Positions 1 through 12,564 of a stretch of 64,000 nucleotides of DNA are shown here, one piece after another. Position 1 is the first letter of the stretch, and each line of letters begins with the position of its first letter. Both the position numbers and the translations under genes were made by a program. The notes beneath the pieces are model-generated. The model had not been told where the DNA came from. It worked only from the letters and a program-made list of their open reading frames with translations, and did no database searches. This DNA comes from Eledone cirrhosa. Taxonomy: Eukaryota. The DNA lies in the NCBI GenBank assembly GCA_964016885.1, contig OZ024741.1:222022001-222086000 (forward strand), given 5' to 3'.

Positions 1-1
1 T

Positions 2-1873
2 ATTTCCCTATCATTGAAAGACTCTTTGTGCAATTTAGAAAATTGTAAAGAAAATGCTGAAGATGTTAATGAAAATCAATGTTTAAAAGGATCTCCCCAA
101 GATAAAAACACCAGAACATCTAATTGCGAATTGGGTGATAATCTGAATAATTCTAGTTTTCTTTTCGTTGAATCTTATCCGTTATTTAACAGTAATTCTA
201 AAGTAGATAATAAAGAAATATGTGACAAAGTAGACTGTTCACTGCCAAATAACACTGGAGATTTAGCTGATTCTGATAGTGCCTCTGATAAAACATTAAC
301 TCCCACTACTATTAATAGTTTTCATGACACCAAAATTGTACCTGACTTTTCCTCTCAACTAAAATACACCACTCCAAAAACTAGTTTTACAAAGATGTCT
401 GATTTAAATTCACAAGAATCTTCAAAGCTATCTTGTAAAACAAACCTAACTGAATGTCATTCTTCTTCATGTATTAAAATTCCTTGTAGTGTAGATTTCG
501 AAAGTAATTCTTTAAATATATTACCAGAATTACAGAAACTTTATCAGAATGAAACATCTGAGTCTGAAAAGAAAGAAACACCAAAAGAGAAAGTTGTGCT
601 TAAGGATGAACTATTTTCACAAAGCCTACCTGTTAATTTTAAGTGCAAAGAGTCTAGAACTACTACAATTCCTAAATCGTTAAACTCACAGAGTTTTACT
701 CAAGCTAAAAGATCGAAAAGGAAATGTTTTTCTCTTGATGGAAGATATCTGAAATCAGTATTTTCTGATAAAGTTTTAAATTGTGAATCTGAAATAAATG
801 AAAGTTCAACTAAATATCTTCCATTAATTGAAAATTGTGAAACGACAAAATCTGAGTTCAATTATATTTCTATGGATAGAATGAGTTGGCCAGTCGAGGA
901 AAAGAAAAAAAACAGTTTAGAAAAAAGAATTACACCAGAAGTGTTTTCTGATCATATTTTATCATTACAGCTTGATAAACGTCCAAAGAAAAGAAAAAGA
1001 TCTAAAACCAGTCAATGTCTCCTTGAAATAAAAAATGACAATTTGAAAGATCCATCATTGAATAGTGATCAGGATGAGACTGCTTGTGAAAAATATATTG
1101 ATCTGTCAAATGCTGTTGACACATCTAGTGACTCTCCAACACAAGCACCTTCATGTGTTGTGGAAACATTAGAAAGTCTCACTGATAAAGCACTCTCACC
1201 TACACCATCTTCTCTTGCTTCTAATAATTTAATGACAGAAAGATCAAGTGAACCATTACTCTCCAGTTGGTCACAACATAATCTACCTCCATATGGTGAT
1301 GACCACAATAGCCTAACTGAAAGCAAAGAAACAGAACTATTTCAAGATAGTGATATTGTAAATAAAGATGTATTGTTCCAACCTGCTAAAGGAGTTACCA
1401 CTGATCAAAAGAATTTGACAGGAATACAAAGTTTTAGTTCCAATGTCAAAGATTGCCACCGTTCTGCAAACATTTCTCAAGGTTGTCTTGACATTAAAGC
1501 TAAACTTTCTGTAAACCCTGTGTGTGAAGTAAGTAGTGACTTCTCAACACAGAACATGTCAGGACTGAGTCAAACAACATCAAATGATGTTACTTTTGTT
1601 ATGGAAGATAACAAGAACACATTGGTTGAGGAGTCACCTCCATATAGAAATAGCTTCAATGAAACAGAAATAACACCAGAAAAAAATGTATATGGTATCG
1701 GGAAAGATAGATATAGTTCAAACGTTAGAACAGTTCCACAGGACGCCATTATTGTTGCGAGTTCATCACAGCTCCATGTAACGTCACATGATGTAGTGTC
1801 ATGTGATGTAGCATCACATGACGCAGTGACACATATAGCTCCACATACAGTGTCACATGTGACAGTGCATGAG
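2..1873 (+). CDS. BRCA1: BRCA1 orthologue, giant central exon (5' end outside window)
   Basis: Frame open from position 2 through 1873. Ser/Glu/Lys/Asn-rich, low complexity, with basic NLS-like stretches (KRSKRK, KRPKKRKRSK) and SQ/TQ motifs. Donor GAG|gtaaga, phase 0. Identity is inferred from downstream exons spliced in frame (coiled coil + BRCT). Confidence 0.88.
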
Positions 1874-1944
1874 GTAAGAATCTTTTGTTAATTTTTGGCA
1901 TGTTTTTATTTACTTTATTTTTGCATCTTCGTCATCATCATCAT

Positions 1945-2165
1945 CATCATTTTGTCTGCCTTCCATGCTAGCATGGGTTGGACGTGTGTCTCAGTTCATG
2001 ACTTCATCCTACTTATACGTTCCATATTTTGGCATGGTTTCTACACTTTACAGAGTGTACTGGGTGCATTTTATAATGGCACCAGTACTACCACTTTACA
2101 GAATGTACTGGGTGTATTTTGTTGTGGCACCAGCACTACCACACTAAAAAGTGCATTGGGTACAT
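1945..2165 (-). mobile_element. RTE-tail-derived repeat with 48-bp subunits
   Basis: (CAT)n + ccatgctagcatggg + two copies of the cactttacagagtgtactgggtg module. Confidence 0.6.
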
Positions 2166-2327
2166 TATGAGTGGTGGCGGTGACATGTTTTTGACAAAAA
2201 TTAAAAAAACATTTACTTGTTTCAGTCATTTGTCTGGCCAAGTTGGAGCACTGCCTTAAAGTTGATCATTATTAAGCTGGTGGTGTTTGTAACATAAAGG
2301 TTCTGACATAAAATTATGTTGGGAGAT

Positions 2328-3007
2328 ATTAAAGGTACACTCAAAAGGTTTTGAGACTTTTATCAGAGAGACATTTATTTAACTCAGATCAACACAAAAC
2401 TCTAGTCTCCCTCAAATTAGGATCCTCCAACTTCAATGCACTTGTAGTGCCCCAGCCACTTCTGGAAGGCCCCCTTGTAGTTCTCCAAAGTGAAAGTGTC
2501 TAGAGTGTTTGTCACAACCTCCTTCATCTCTTCCACATCCTCAAAGCAGATATCCCTGAGTTTCTCTTTCAGCTTTGGGAGCATCCAGAAGTTGCAAGGG
2601 GCTAAGTCTCGACTGTAGGGAGGATGAGGGACAGTCTTGATCCCCATATTGGCCAAGTAGCTGGTCACCAGGAAAACAGTTGCCTTGCTCATGAAAGTTA
2701 GTCCACAAGCAGTTTTGACCATTTCGTAGGTTTATGCAGTGTTTTTGCCAAGCTTGACACAAAACTTTATTGTATATCAAGCCTCCAGGTTGTTCTCACA
2801 CCCTGACTGCATTGTGGAATCAGTCAGCTGTGACAAGACATGTATGACAGGTAGTGGCCTGAACCTTCAACCTGGGGAAAAAAAAAAAAAATGAATTAGC
2901 ATGTTAACTTATACATATTAAGGATGTATTAAAGTGACAGCTAAATAGCTCAATTAAAAGTGCCTGAAAGGAAAAAGTCTCAAAACTTCTTGAATGTATT
3001 TCATATA
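2328..3007 (-). mobile_element. internally deleted mariner transposon
   Basis: Transposase C-terminus HPPYSRDLAPCNFWMLPKLK (YSPDL motif); imperfect TIRs ...ttttgagactttt / aaaagtctcaaaa.... Confidence 0.85.
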
Positions 3008-3307
3008 AACAGTTTAACCTTTTTGCTGCCATATTTCTAGTAAAAGGCTAATTTTCAAATCTTTTTAAAAATAATCAAGAATTTGGAGAGATTAATATGA
3101 CATAATATAACTCATTTTCTCATTATTAAGCTAATGTTTTGAATATAACTTAAAGTTCTTACATAATATTAGGGGGAAAGTCTTTAGATAAATATAAACA
3201 CTTTAAAACAAACAGAATCATGCGAGTTTTCAGGTGAATTGGAATCAAAAGTGTTAAATGAATCTACTCCTTGTTTTATGTTCATTAACTGTCTATATCT
3301 GTTGCAG

Positions 3308-3476
3308 GTAAATATTTCAACGCAGAAGAATGAATCCCAGTTTGATGGTGGCTCAGGCAATACTGTACAGGTAACTGGTCATAGATTATCAAATGAATTT
3401 GAAACTGGAATAGATGAACCACAAAAAGATTTAACCTCCAATGTTGGTGAAAAAAGTACACTATCATCCAAAGAAG
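3308..3476 (+). CDS. BRCA1: BRCA1 internal exon (VNISTQ...SSKE)
   Basis: ttgcag| acceptor phase 0, |gtataa donor phase 1; open frame compatible with neighbours. Confidence 0.75.
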
Positions 3477-3769
3477 GTATAAATATCACTTTAAATATTA
3501 TCTCTTAACATCCTATAATGATGAAGCAGAACATATTTAAAAAGTGGCTTATTAATTCAAATGTATATAGTATCTTTATTAGTGGACAGATTGTTGTGAA
3601 AAATTTGTGGTAAACTAAAGTAAAGACTTAAACGTTTAATGTGATGCAGTCATAGTGTTGTTTTGCACTTTTCAAGAATGTCTTACTGATGTAGTTTCAT
3701 TGGGTACAGGATGTTAAAAGTTAAGAAAAAAAGGTTAAAGTTGATTCTGAGCTCAGAATCTCATCAGGC

Positions 3770-3962
3770 TGGAGCTTATCCCAGTTTCATTGATGTTTAA
3801 GCGAATTGGAGTGTAAGACCTCCTCATTTTTTTTAGCTGAGTAAACTGGAGCAATGTGAAATAAAGTGTCTTGCTCAAGAATACCAAGTGCTGCCCGTTC
3901 CAGAAACCATACTCACAACCTTTTGATCGTGAGCCAGACACTCTAACCACTAAGGCTCCCAC
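3770..3962 (-). mobile_element. tRNA-derived SINE (family B)
   Basis: A-box-like tagtggttagag plus core ttgagcaagacactttatttcacattgctccagtttactcagct. Further copies near 8915-9045(-), 20705-21030(+), 36300-36530(+), 51790-52050(+). Confidence 0.7.
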
Positions 3963-4388
3963 CTTTACTATTGTGATAGAAATCTAAGACTATCTGAGAT
4001 ATTGCTATTTTGTATGGTGGCATTGTGACCATGGGCAAAATATCTTAGTCGACAATATCATCATAATTTAAGAAAGGTTCTTACATAAAATTATGGTGGA
4101 AATTATTTACATAAGTATAAAATATACATAGAACAAGTAGCAGTTTGGTATCAAAAGGAGAAAGTTAGCGATTATCTGTAACAAATATTTAAAAATCAAA
4201 TTTAAAATATGTACACGAGCTGAAACCGCTTGGCACCACAATCGGGATTTTACCCCCCACTCTGTATGTATGTGTGATCGTAAGTATAAAATAAACCTTG
4301 CTGGGTTCCCAAGGACAGAATTTATCTATCTATCTCTCTTTTTTGAGAATGTAAGCAAAACACTTCTCTTTCCTTTTACCTGTAGTTG

Positions 4389-5047
4389 ACTCAATAAGCA
4401 GTGTTTTAAACTTCTATTTATGCCAGTCTAGAATTCAAATTCTCCGTTTTTTTCTCTCGGATTTTCAATTGATATTTTACATGTTTTTAATAATATGTCT
4501 CATTCTGTTGGACCCTTCCTAAAAACTAACCTTCTCCTAAAGTTACCCATAAAGTTCACTCAATAAGCAGTGTTTTAAACTTCTATTTATGCCAGCCTAG
4601 AATTCAAATTCTCCGTTTTTTTCTCTCGGATTTTCAATTGATATTTTACATGTTTTTAATAATATGTCTCATTCTGTTCGACCCTTCCTAAAAACTAACC
4701 TTCTCCTAAAGTTACCCATAAAGTTCACTCAATATGCAGTGTTTTAAACTTCTATTTATGCCAGCCTAGAATTAAAATTCTCCATTTTTCTCTCGGGTTT
4801 TCAATTAATATTTTACATGTTTTTAATATGTCTCATTCTGTTGGACACTTCCTAAAAACTAACCTTCTCCTAAAGTTACCCATAAAGTTCACTCAATAAG
4901 CAGTGTTTTAAACTTCTATTTATGCCAGCCTAGAATTAAAATTCTCCATTTTTCTCTCGGGTTTTCAATTAATATTTTACATGTTTTTAATATGTCTCAT
5001 TCTGTTGGACACTTCCTAAAAACTAACCTTCTCCTAAAGTTACCCAT
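4389..5047 (+). repeat. 4 tandem ~165-169-bp monomers at the 5' end of an RTE element
   Basis: Unit actcaataagcagtgttttaaac...aaagttaccc starts at ~4389, 4558, 4727 and 4891. Confidence 0.9.
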
Positions 5048-8000
5048 TTCCCACCCTCCCAGCCCCCACACACTACCATTGCTATATGGTCCAATCATAA
5101 CTCAGCGACTTTAGTAAGTTCTCTAACAAATCAGTATAGCAAAGCTACCACCTCGGTTACTACTCCTTAAGTTTAGACCTGTTTGATGAGTTGACTGCGG
5201 AAATTTGAAAGTCTAAGCTCTCAATGACAATGTCACAGATAAAGATAAATTCACTTCCCTCTTCAGGACGAGAATGCAAAGACCTCTTTATTTCAGACGC
5301 GGATGACCAACATAATTCCGTCTCCCACACCCCTCCCTGCCCCTCCAACCCATCCATCCCACCCTCCCAACTTCAGAGTTGGTACCATGAACGTACGCAT
5401 ATTGAAAGGTCGCTCAAATGAGGTTGTAGAGATGCTTGAACATAAAGAAGTTGATGTTTGTTGTATTCAAGAGACTAGGTGGAGAGGTAGGTCTGCCAGA
5501 TTCATTGTGTGTAAAAAACGATGATATAAACTTTTCTGGGTGGGAAATGACAAAGGACTGGGTGGTGTAGGAATTATGTTAGCTGAAAAATGGGTAGATA
5601 AGGTAATTGACGTAAATAGAGTGAATGACAATAATTAAAATAAGACTAGTTCTAAATAGAACTAGTGACAATAATATCCGCTTATGCACCCCAATCTGGT
5701 CTACCTGACATTATAAAGGACAGGTTCTATGAGATGCTAATGCACACTACCTCCCAAATAACCGACAGTGACTACTTAATTATTGGTGGCGACCTAAACG
5801 GTCACGTTGGACAACATAGTGATGGCTATGATGGAATCCATGGAGGATATGGGGTTGGAAATAGAAATGAGGAGGGCTTCAGAATCTTGGAATTCTGTTA
5901 CGCTAATAACCTAACTATCTGTAACACAAACTTCAAAAAATGAGAAAACCACTTGATCACCTATAGATCAAGGGAACACGCCAGCCAGATAGATTATATC
6001 CTTACTAGAAAACATGACAAAGTGTCTGTTATAAACACTAAATCCCTCCCCCGTGAAGAATGCACCTCCCAACATACCCTAGTAGTTAGTGACCTCATAG
6101 ACGTACTCAACGATAGAGGAGGCCTACCTTGAGGAGAAGAATATGGAAGTTGAAGGACCCCATAGCCAGTGACAAATTTAAAAGTTTATTACTTGATGCC
6201 TTTGACAATAAGGAAGAGCAATTAGAGACGTGCAATATAGAGGAACAGTGGCAATTCTTGAAAGTGAACCTGCTGAAAGCAACGGATGAAATCTGTGGCA
6301 GGAGGAGAGTAACTTGGTGGTGGAACAGTAAGGTGGAGGAGACAATCAAGCCAAAATGCAGGCTTGGAAAGTATGGCAGGATGGGGCAAGTAGAGAGCAC
6401 TATCAAGTGGCCAGGAGAGAAGCTAGGAGACAAGTGTACCTTGAAAAAAGGGAAGCAGAGGATAGAAAGTTCAAGTATGTTCTACAACGTGAGGTGTTGA
6501 GGATTGCTAGACAATGTGTCAAGGAGAACCGTGATATTGTCGGGGAGAAGTGTGTCCGTAATGATAACGGTGTACTTGCCCTCACTGATACTGATAAGAA
6601 GATAGCCTGGAAGTGTCACTACGAGAGACTATTAAATGAGGAGAATAAATGGAAAAAAGATAGTCTGCCCCAAATCGATCCAATAGAAGGATGAGCGGTG
6701 CAAGTTAAAGGTAGTATAATAAGTAAGGCAATCAAAGATATGAAGACAGGCAAGGCAGCTGGGCCTTCGGAGATAGTTGCTGAGTTGAAGGCATCTGGAA
6801 TGGTGGGACATACTATGGTCACCCGTATAGTTAACCAAGTAATACAGAATGGGGTCATACCAAATGACTGGCGTAGCAGCATCATCATTAACTGCTACAA
6901 GGGTAAAGGGGATGCTCTAGATAGGGGAAACTATAGAGGCATTAAGTTAGTTGACCAGGTCATGAAGGTCACAGAAAGAGTTATAGTGCAACTAATCAAA
7001 GAGTGAATTGATCTAGATGAAATGCAGTTTGGTTTGTGTCAGGTAAAAGTACCACAGACACTCTTTTCCTTGTACGACAACTACAGGAAAAGTACCTAGC
7101 TAAAAGTAAACCCCTCTACTTAGCTTTTGTAGACCTGGAGAAAGCCTTTGACAGAGTCCCCCGCTCCATTATCTGGTGGGCTCTTAGAAAACTAGGTGTA
7201 GATGAATGGCTTGTGAGAGCTATACAAGCTATGTATAAAGAAACAGTCAGTAAGGTTAGAATTAACAATGAATATTGTGAAGAATTTAGTGTAAAAGTTG
7301 GTGTTCATCAAGGCTCTGTCCTTAGCCCCCTCCTATTTATTATTGCCCTTCAGGCTATAACAGAGGAGTTCAAGACCGGCTGCCCATGGGAACTTCTATA
7401 CGCAGATGATCTAACTCTCATAGCTGAGTCTATGGCTGAACTAGAAAAGAAATTCGAAACATGGAAGCATGGCCTAGAATCAAAAGGCCTTAAAGTTAAC
7501 TTGTAAAGTTCTAGTTTGTAGAAAGGAAAATAGGGCACAGGTGCCCTCTGGGAAATGGCCATGCTCAGTGTGTAGGAAAGGAGTAGGCAGAAACTCCATT
7601 TTATGTCCCAAATGCAAACTATGGGTACATAAAAGATGTAGACTTTATATGTGGCCGATGCTCAGGTGCAATAAGTAGCAAGTGCCCACAGGATATTAGC
7701 TCCTTCTATTGCCCAGATGGTTCTATAGAAATAGTAGACACTTTCCGTTACCTGGGTGAGGAAATCAGCAGTGGTGGAGGGTGTTCTGAAAGTACAGTAG
7801 CCAGAGTCAGAACGGGATGGAAAAAGTTCAGAGAGCTTATACCGCTGTTGGCCACAAAAGGTTTCTCTCTAAAAATGAAAGGCAGATTGTATGATGCTTG
7901 TATATGAACAGCAATGTTACATAGCATTGAGTGCAGAGGACCTGCGCAGACTGGAAAGGAACGAAGCATGCATGCTCCGTTGGATGAGTAATAGTAATAT

Positions 8001-8712
8001 ACGTGAACGGCAAAACATAAATGAACTAAGTGAGAAATTAGGAATAAGAGGGATCAGATGCTGTTTAGTTGAGAGAAGACTACGTTGGTATGGCCATGTG
8101 ATGCGCATGAAAGACGACAGCTGTATAAAAAAGTGCAGGGTGATCAAAATTGATGGTAGTTACGGAGTAGGTAGACCCAGAAAAACCTGGGACGATCTGA
8201 TAAATTCCGACCTTACACACTTGCACCTCTCTAAGACAATGTCACTGGACCGAGATCTTTGGTGCTACGCAGTAATACAGAAGCCCTCCCTTGCCTATGT
8301 ACAAAGCGAAACCTACAGTCAGTAGGCACCTCTTAACCAAATATACACTCCAATCCCCTACCCCATCCTCCCACCAACACCACCCTCTCTCTGTAAAGTT
8401 GGTACCACAACATCCAGTCCAAATAAATGAGATAATGCTTTCCAGTCCAAATAAATGAGATCGAGATCGTGTAGGTGTCACAACAAAAAAAACACAGTCT
8501 ACGCTGTAATGTGGCCGTGTAGGTAACACGGTAAAAAGTTCCCAGTCCACACTGTAAATGTGGTTGGTGTTAGGAAGGGCATCCAGCCGTAGAAAACCTG
8601 CCAGATAGTCCTATACGAGTGAGACATGGTCACCCGACCAATCTTGCCTCAAGTGGGACAACTCCCGTCTAACCCATGCTAGCGTGGAAGATAGACGTTA
8701 AATGATGATGAT
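5048..8712 (+). mobile_element. near full-length decayed RTE LINE (APE + RT + PHD-like insert)
   Basis: APE motifs GTMNVR, QETRW, GDLNGHVG; RT motifs FVDLEKAFDRVP, GVHQGSVLSP, YADD; C-terminal RRLRWYGHV and GRPRKTW; (GAT)n tail; multiple stops and frameshifts. Confidence 0.95.
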
Positions 8713-9099
8713 ATGTGTGTGTGTGTATATTTCATCATCATCATTTCATTTTACGTCCGCTTTTTCCCTGCTTGCAAGGGTGGGACGGGAACTGATCCTG
8801 GCTTGATTTCTGCAGCTGGATGCCCTTCCTAACACCAACTTCATTTACAGTGAGTGCTGGGTGCTTTTTTGTCATGGCACCTCCACGACCACTTTGCAGT
8901 CCCTATCATCTCATTTCTACAGCTGAGTAAACTGGAGCAATGTGAAATAAAGTGTCTTGCTCATGGAAACAACACATCACCCGGTCTGAGAATTGAACTC
9001 ACAACCTTTCGATTGCAAGGCCAATGCTCTAACCACTAAGCCATATGCCTCCATATATATGTAAATATATATATATATATTTAATTTTTATTTTGACAG

Positions 9100-9282
9100 C
9101 AGATTGTGCAAATATTGTTTCCATCAACCCAAAGGTCTGCGTCAGTGAGTCACACCCAAATGACCATCCCAACATATCTAAAAACGATAGAGAGAAATGT
9201 AAAGCAGTTATAAGTGGAACTGCTCTACCGAGTAGCAACAGTCTTAAAAAATCTAAATGTTTGGTTATATCTGACTCTGAAG
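9100..9282 (+). CDS. BRCA1: BRCA1 internal exon (ADCANI...SDSE)
   Basis: ttttgacag|cag tandem acceptor (start 9100 or 9103), phase 1 in; |gtaaat donor, phase 1 out. Confidence 0.75.
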
Positions 9283-9669
9283 GTAAATATTTCTTGCTGT
9301 TGATTTACATTTCTATTTTTATTAGATGGTGGTGAATTGGATACTTGATAGGGTAATGGATGCTTGTTCTGGCTCACTGCAGTCTGAGTTCAAATCCCAC
9401 CTAGGTCAACTTTGCCTTTCATCATTTTGAGGTCTATTACAAGTATTGAAAACACAAGTCCAGTACTGGGGTTGATTATCACACTCTCCCCCCAGAAATT
9501 GGCAGAGTGATGGGCTCTACATGTTGCGTAACAGGACAGTACCCCTATGACTCCATCAGGAGTTAAGAGACTTATACTTACCTTTATTATATATTACTCC
9601 ATCTCTGATGAAATTACTTGAGTATTTTACTTTAATTTCAGTTTAAGGTTTCCATTTCTTTCTAACCAT

Positions 9670-10200
9670 CACACATTCTCTACATTCACAACCCATATCT
9701 CACTACCATGTAACATCTCACATCCTCTACATTCACTGCCCATGTCACACTACCATATAATATCCTTTATATTCACTGCCCATGTCACACTTCCAGGTAA
9801 CATCACACATCCTCTACATTCACTGCTTATGTCTCACTGCCATGTAACATCACACATCCTCTACATTCATTGCTCATGTCTCACTGCCATGTAACATCAC
9901 ACATCCTCTACATTCATTGCTCATGTCTCACTGCCATGTAACATCACACATCCTTTTGCTGCTCATGTCTCACTGCCATGTAACATCCTCTACATTCACT
10001 GCCCATGTCACACTTCCATGTAACGTCACATTTCCTCTATATTCACTGCTTATATCTCACCACCATGTAACATCACACATCCTCTACATTCACGGCCCAT
10101 GTCTCACTACCAAGTAACATCTACATTCACTGCTCATGTCACACTACCATGTAACATCCTCTACATTCACCGCTCATGTCTCATTACTATGTAATATCAC
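9670..10200. repeat. degenerate ~36-45-bp minisatellite
   Basis: More than 10 copies of ctctacattcactgctcatgtc(t/a)cact(g/a)ccatgtaacat. Confidence 0.85.
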
Positions 10201-10588
10201 ATTTCGTACACAGGCATCACATAATCATATACACACACAGTATAAAATACACTCAGTGTATTCTGCAAAGTGGTAATGCTGGTTTCATGATAAAATGCAT
10301 CCTGTACACTCTGTCAAATTATTGGCATTAGGAAAGGTGTCCAGCTAAAGATATTATGCCAAAATATGGCACATGTGAGCAAGACATGGTGTCTAGACTG
10401 CGACAACTGATCTAGCTCATATCAGCGTGGAAAACTAATGTAAAATGGTGACGATGATGACCATCAGTGTCATTATTGTCAGCTTGAGCATCACTATCAC
10501 CATCATCATCATCATCATGAACTTGTACCTCTGTTTACATGACTGTTAGTAACATACATAGTTCTAATGTTTGATAACATATTTTCAG

Positions 10589-10686
10589 CTGAGCAGAGTG
10601 ATGATGGAGAACCCCCACACACCAATAATGGCACCACCCACTGTTCAGAAAATGTAGCATCTCAAACTCAGAAATACACCACTCAG
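10589..10686 (+). CDS. BRCA1: BRCA1 exon ending ...ASQTQKYTTQ
   Basis: ttttcag| phase 1, CAG|gtaac phase 0; C-terminus resembles human [10 protein letters not shown], which precedes the coiled coil. Confidence 0.85.
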
Positions 10687-11462
10687 GTAACAATGTTTTT
10701 CTTACTCATGCTTTAACCCTTTTTGGTACCACATTTCTAAAGAGACACTATGAATGTGTTTCAGTGAATTTTGAAAACAATCAAGAATTTGGAGGAATTT
10801 AGTAAAATTACTAACGTTTTCATAAATAATTTGATGTTTGGAACTTAACTTAACAATGGTTCTTACATGAAATTATGAAGGTTTTAATATAAGTATGAAT
10901 GCAATAAAATAGGCAGGTTCGTATTTTAGAACAGTGGTTGTTTCAAAAGGGTTTATTCTTTTAATACCAATCCAGCCAAAACCAGCTCTGGTTCTATGAA
11001 ACAAACCCATCAATTTTAAAGGGTTCTTATTTTGATTAAAATCTTTCTTTGTAATTCTATATAACTTTATGTTAATGAAATCATAGTTATCATCAACATT
11101 TAATGTCTGTTTTCTCTACTAGCAAGGGTTTAATGGGTCACCACAGACCAATTTAGTACTTCTCAGATGTGCCAAGGACCTACATCTTGTTTACATACAT
11201 TCCTGCACTCTACCAAGGGCATTTTATTGTGGCACCAGCACTAGGAGATTGTCATGTCTTTGACACAGTTGAAGAGTCCTCCTATTCTCTGTTCGGCAAA
11301 CTTTCTATAGCTGGATGCTCTTCCTATTACCAACTGCTTTACAGAGTGTACTGGGTGCATTTATCATGGCACCAACACAAGAGAGGTCGTTGTGCCCTTG
11401 ACAACTGAATAGTCCCCATTACTTATTTTATTGGGTGCAGTTTTTATGGCATTTGGCAGTAA

Positions 11463-11655
11463 GGGCGGTGGATTGTCAGTATTGGTAGCGGGTTGCATGC
11501 CATGCTTTGCGGCAAAGAGTTACGTCCCTTTATGGTCTGAGTTCAAATCTCGCCGTGGTTAACTTTGCTTTCATCCTTACGGGGGTCGATAAAATAAAGT
11601 ATCGGTAATACACTGGGATAATTGCTGGCCTTGTGCCAAAAGTAGAAATAATTAT
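11463..11655 (+). mobile_element. tRNA-derived SINE (family A, cephalopod OK-like)
   Basis: B-box-like gagttcaaatc and body tttcatccttacggggtcgataaaataaagt. Copies at 11765-11960(-), 11965-12070(-), 14470-14655(+), 19537-19725(-), 38600-38835(+), 45530-45715(-), 46440-46555(+), 48340-48720(+). Confidence 0.8.
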
Positions 11656-12190
11656 CACTAGGGAGGTTGTCATGTGACTAGAGGATCCTCTCAACTGATA
11701 TTACGCCCAAAGAAATATGGTTTTAACTTTTCTAAAATGGAATCCAAACACAGAATCGCTATAAGTAATAATTGTTTCTACTATTGGCACAAGGCCAGCA
11801 ATTACCCCAGTGCATTACTAGTGCTTTATTTTATCGACCCCGTAAGGATGAAAGGCTAAGTTAATCTCGGTGGGATTTGAATTCAGTACATAAAAAGCCA
11901 TAACTATGCTGCCAAGCATGTCTGTTGCTCTACTGATACTGCCAATCCACTGCCCATCACTATAAGTAATAATTGTTTCTACTTTTGGCACAAGGTCAGC
12001 AATTATCTCAGTGCATTACTGGTACTTTATTTTATCGACCCGATAAAGATGAAAGGCAAAGTTAACATCGCTATAAGTAATAATAGCTTTAGGATATCAG
12101 GTAAAAGGTCAAATCATCCAAACACCCCAATAAATTGTAAGATTTAAAAAAACTTTTCTGTTTGGTACATGAATGATATTTTTATTGCAG

Positions 12191-12428
12191 CTGTGTGTAA
12201 ATCTAGAAAATGATTTGGTTGAGATGAAAAGACAAATTGCATTACTGGAAGCTAAGTTAGGTATGGAAGATTCTATCAATGAACATGGAAACGAATTAGA
12301 AGTTACACCATGTCAAGATACAGAGGCAGCAGTGGCAGACAGTGGTTTGATAAAAACGTTGGAGTGTGATGATAAATATCGTAGGTTAAGTAGTGACGAA
12401 GAGGAGGTTATTCCAGATTCATTTCAAG
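12191..12428 (+). CDS. BRCA1: BRCA1 coiled-coil exon (LCVNLENDLVEMKRQIALLEAKLG...)
   Basis: ttgcag| phase 0, |gtataa phase 1; heptad pattern aligns to the human PALB2-binding helix [23 protein letters not shown]. Confidence 0.88.
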
Positions 12429-12564
12429 GTATAAAGTCTTTCTTTTTTTTTTATACATTTGCTTACTAATTCTTTCATTTATTTGTTCATTAGCTCTTAA
12501 CACTCTGTAATGATTTAGCAGAAAATATCTAAAATGAGCTTCTTGATTTAAATTAAAATATCTA

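Noticed and set aside
14-1891. 625-aa ORF as a stand-alone gene
   Set aside because: It begins at TTG inside a frame already open at position 2 and has a strong donor at 1874; it is an internal exon.
11463-11560. tRNA genes at SINE heads
   Set aside because: A/B-box-like motifs run into a repeated SINE body, no intact cloverleaf is evident, and there are many diverged copies.
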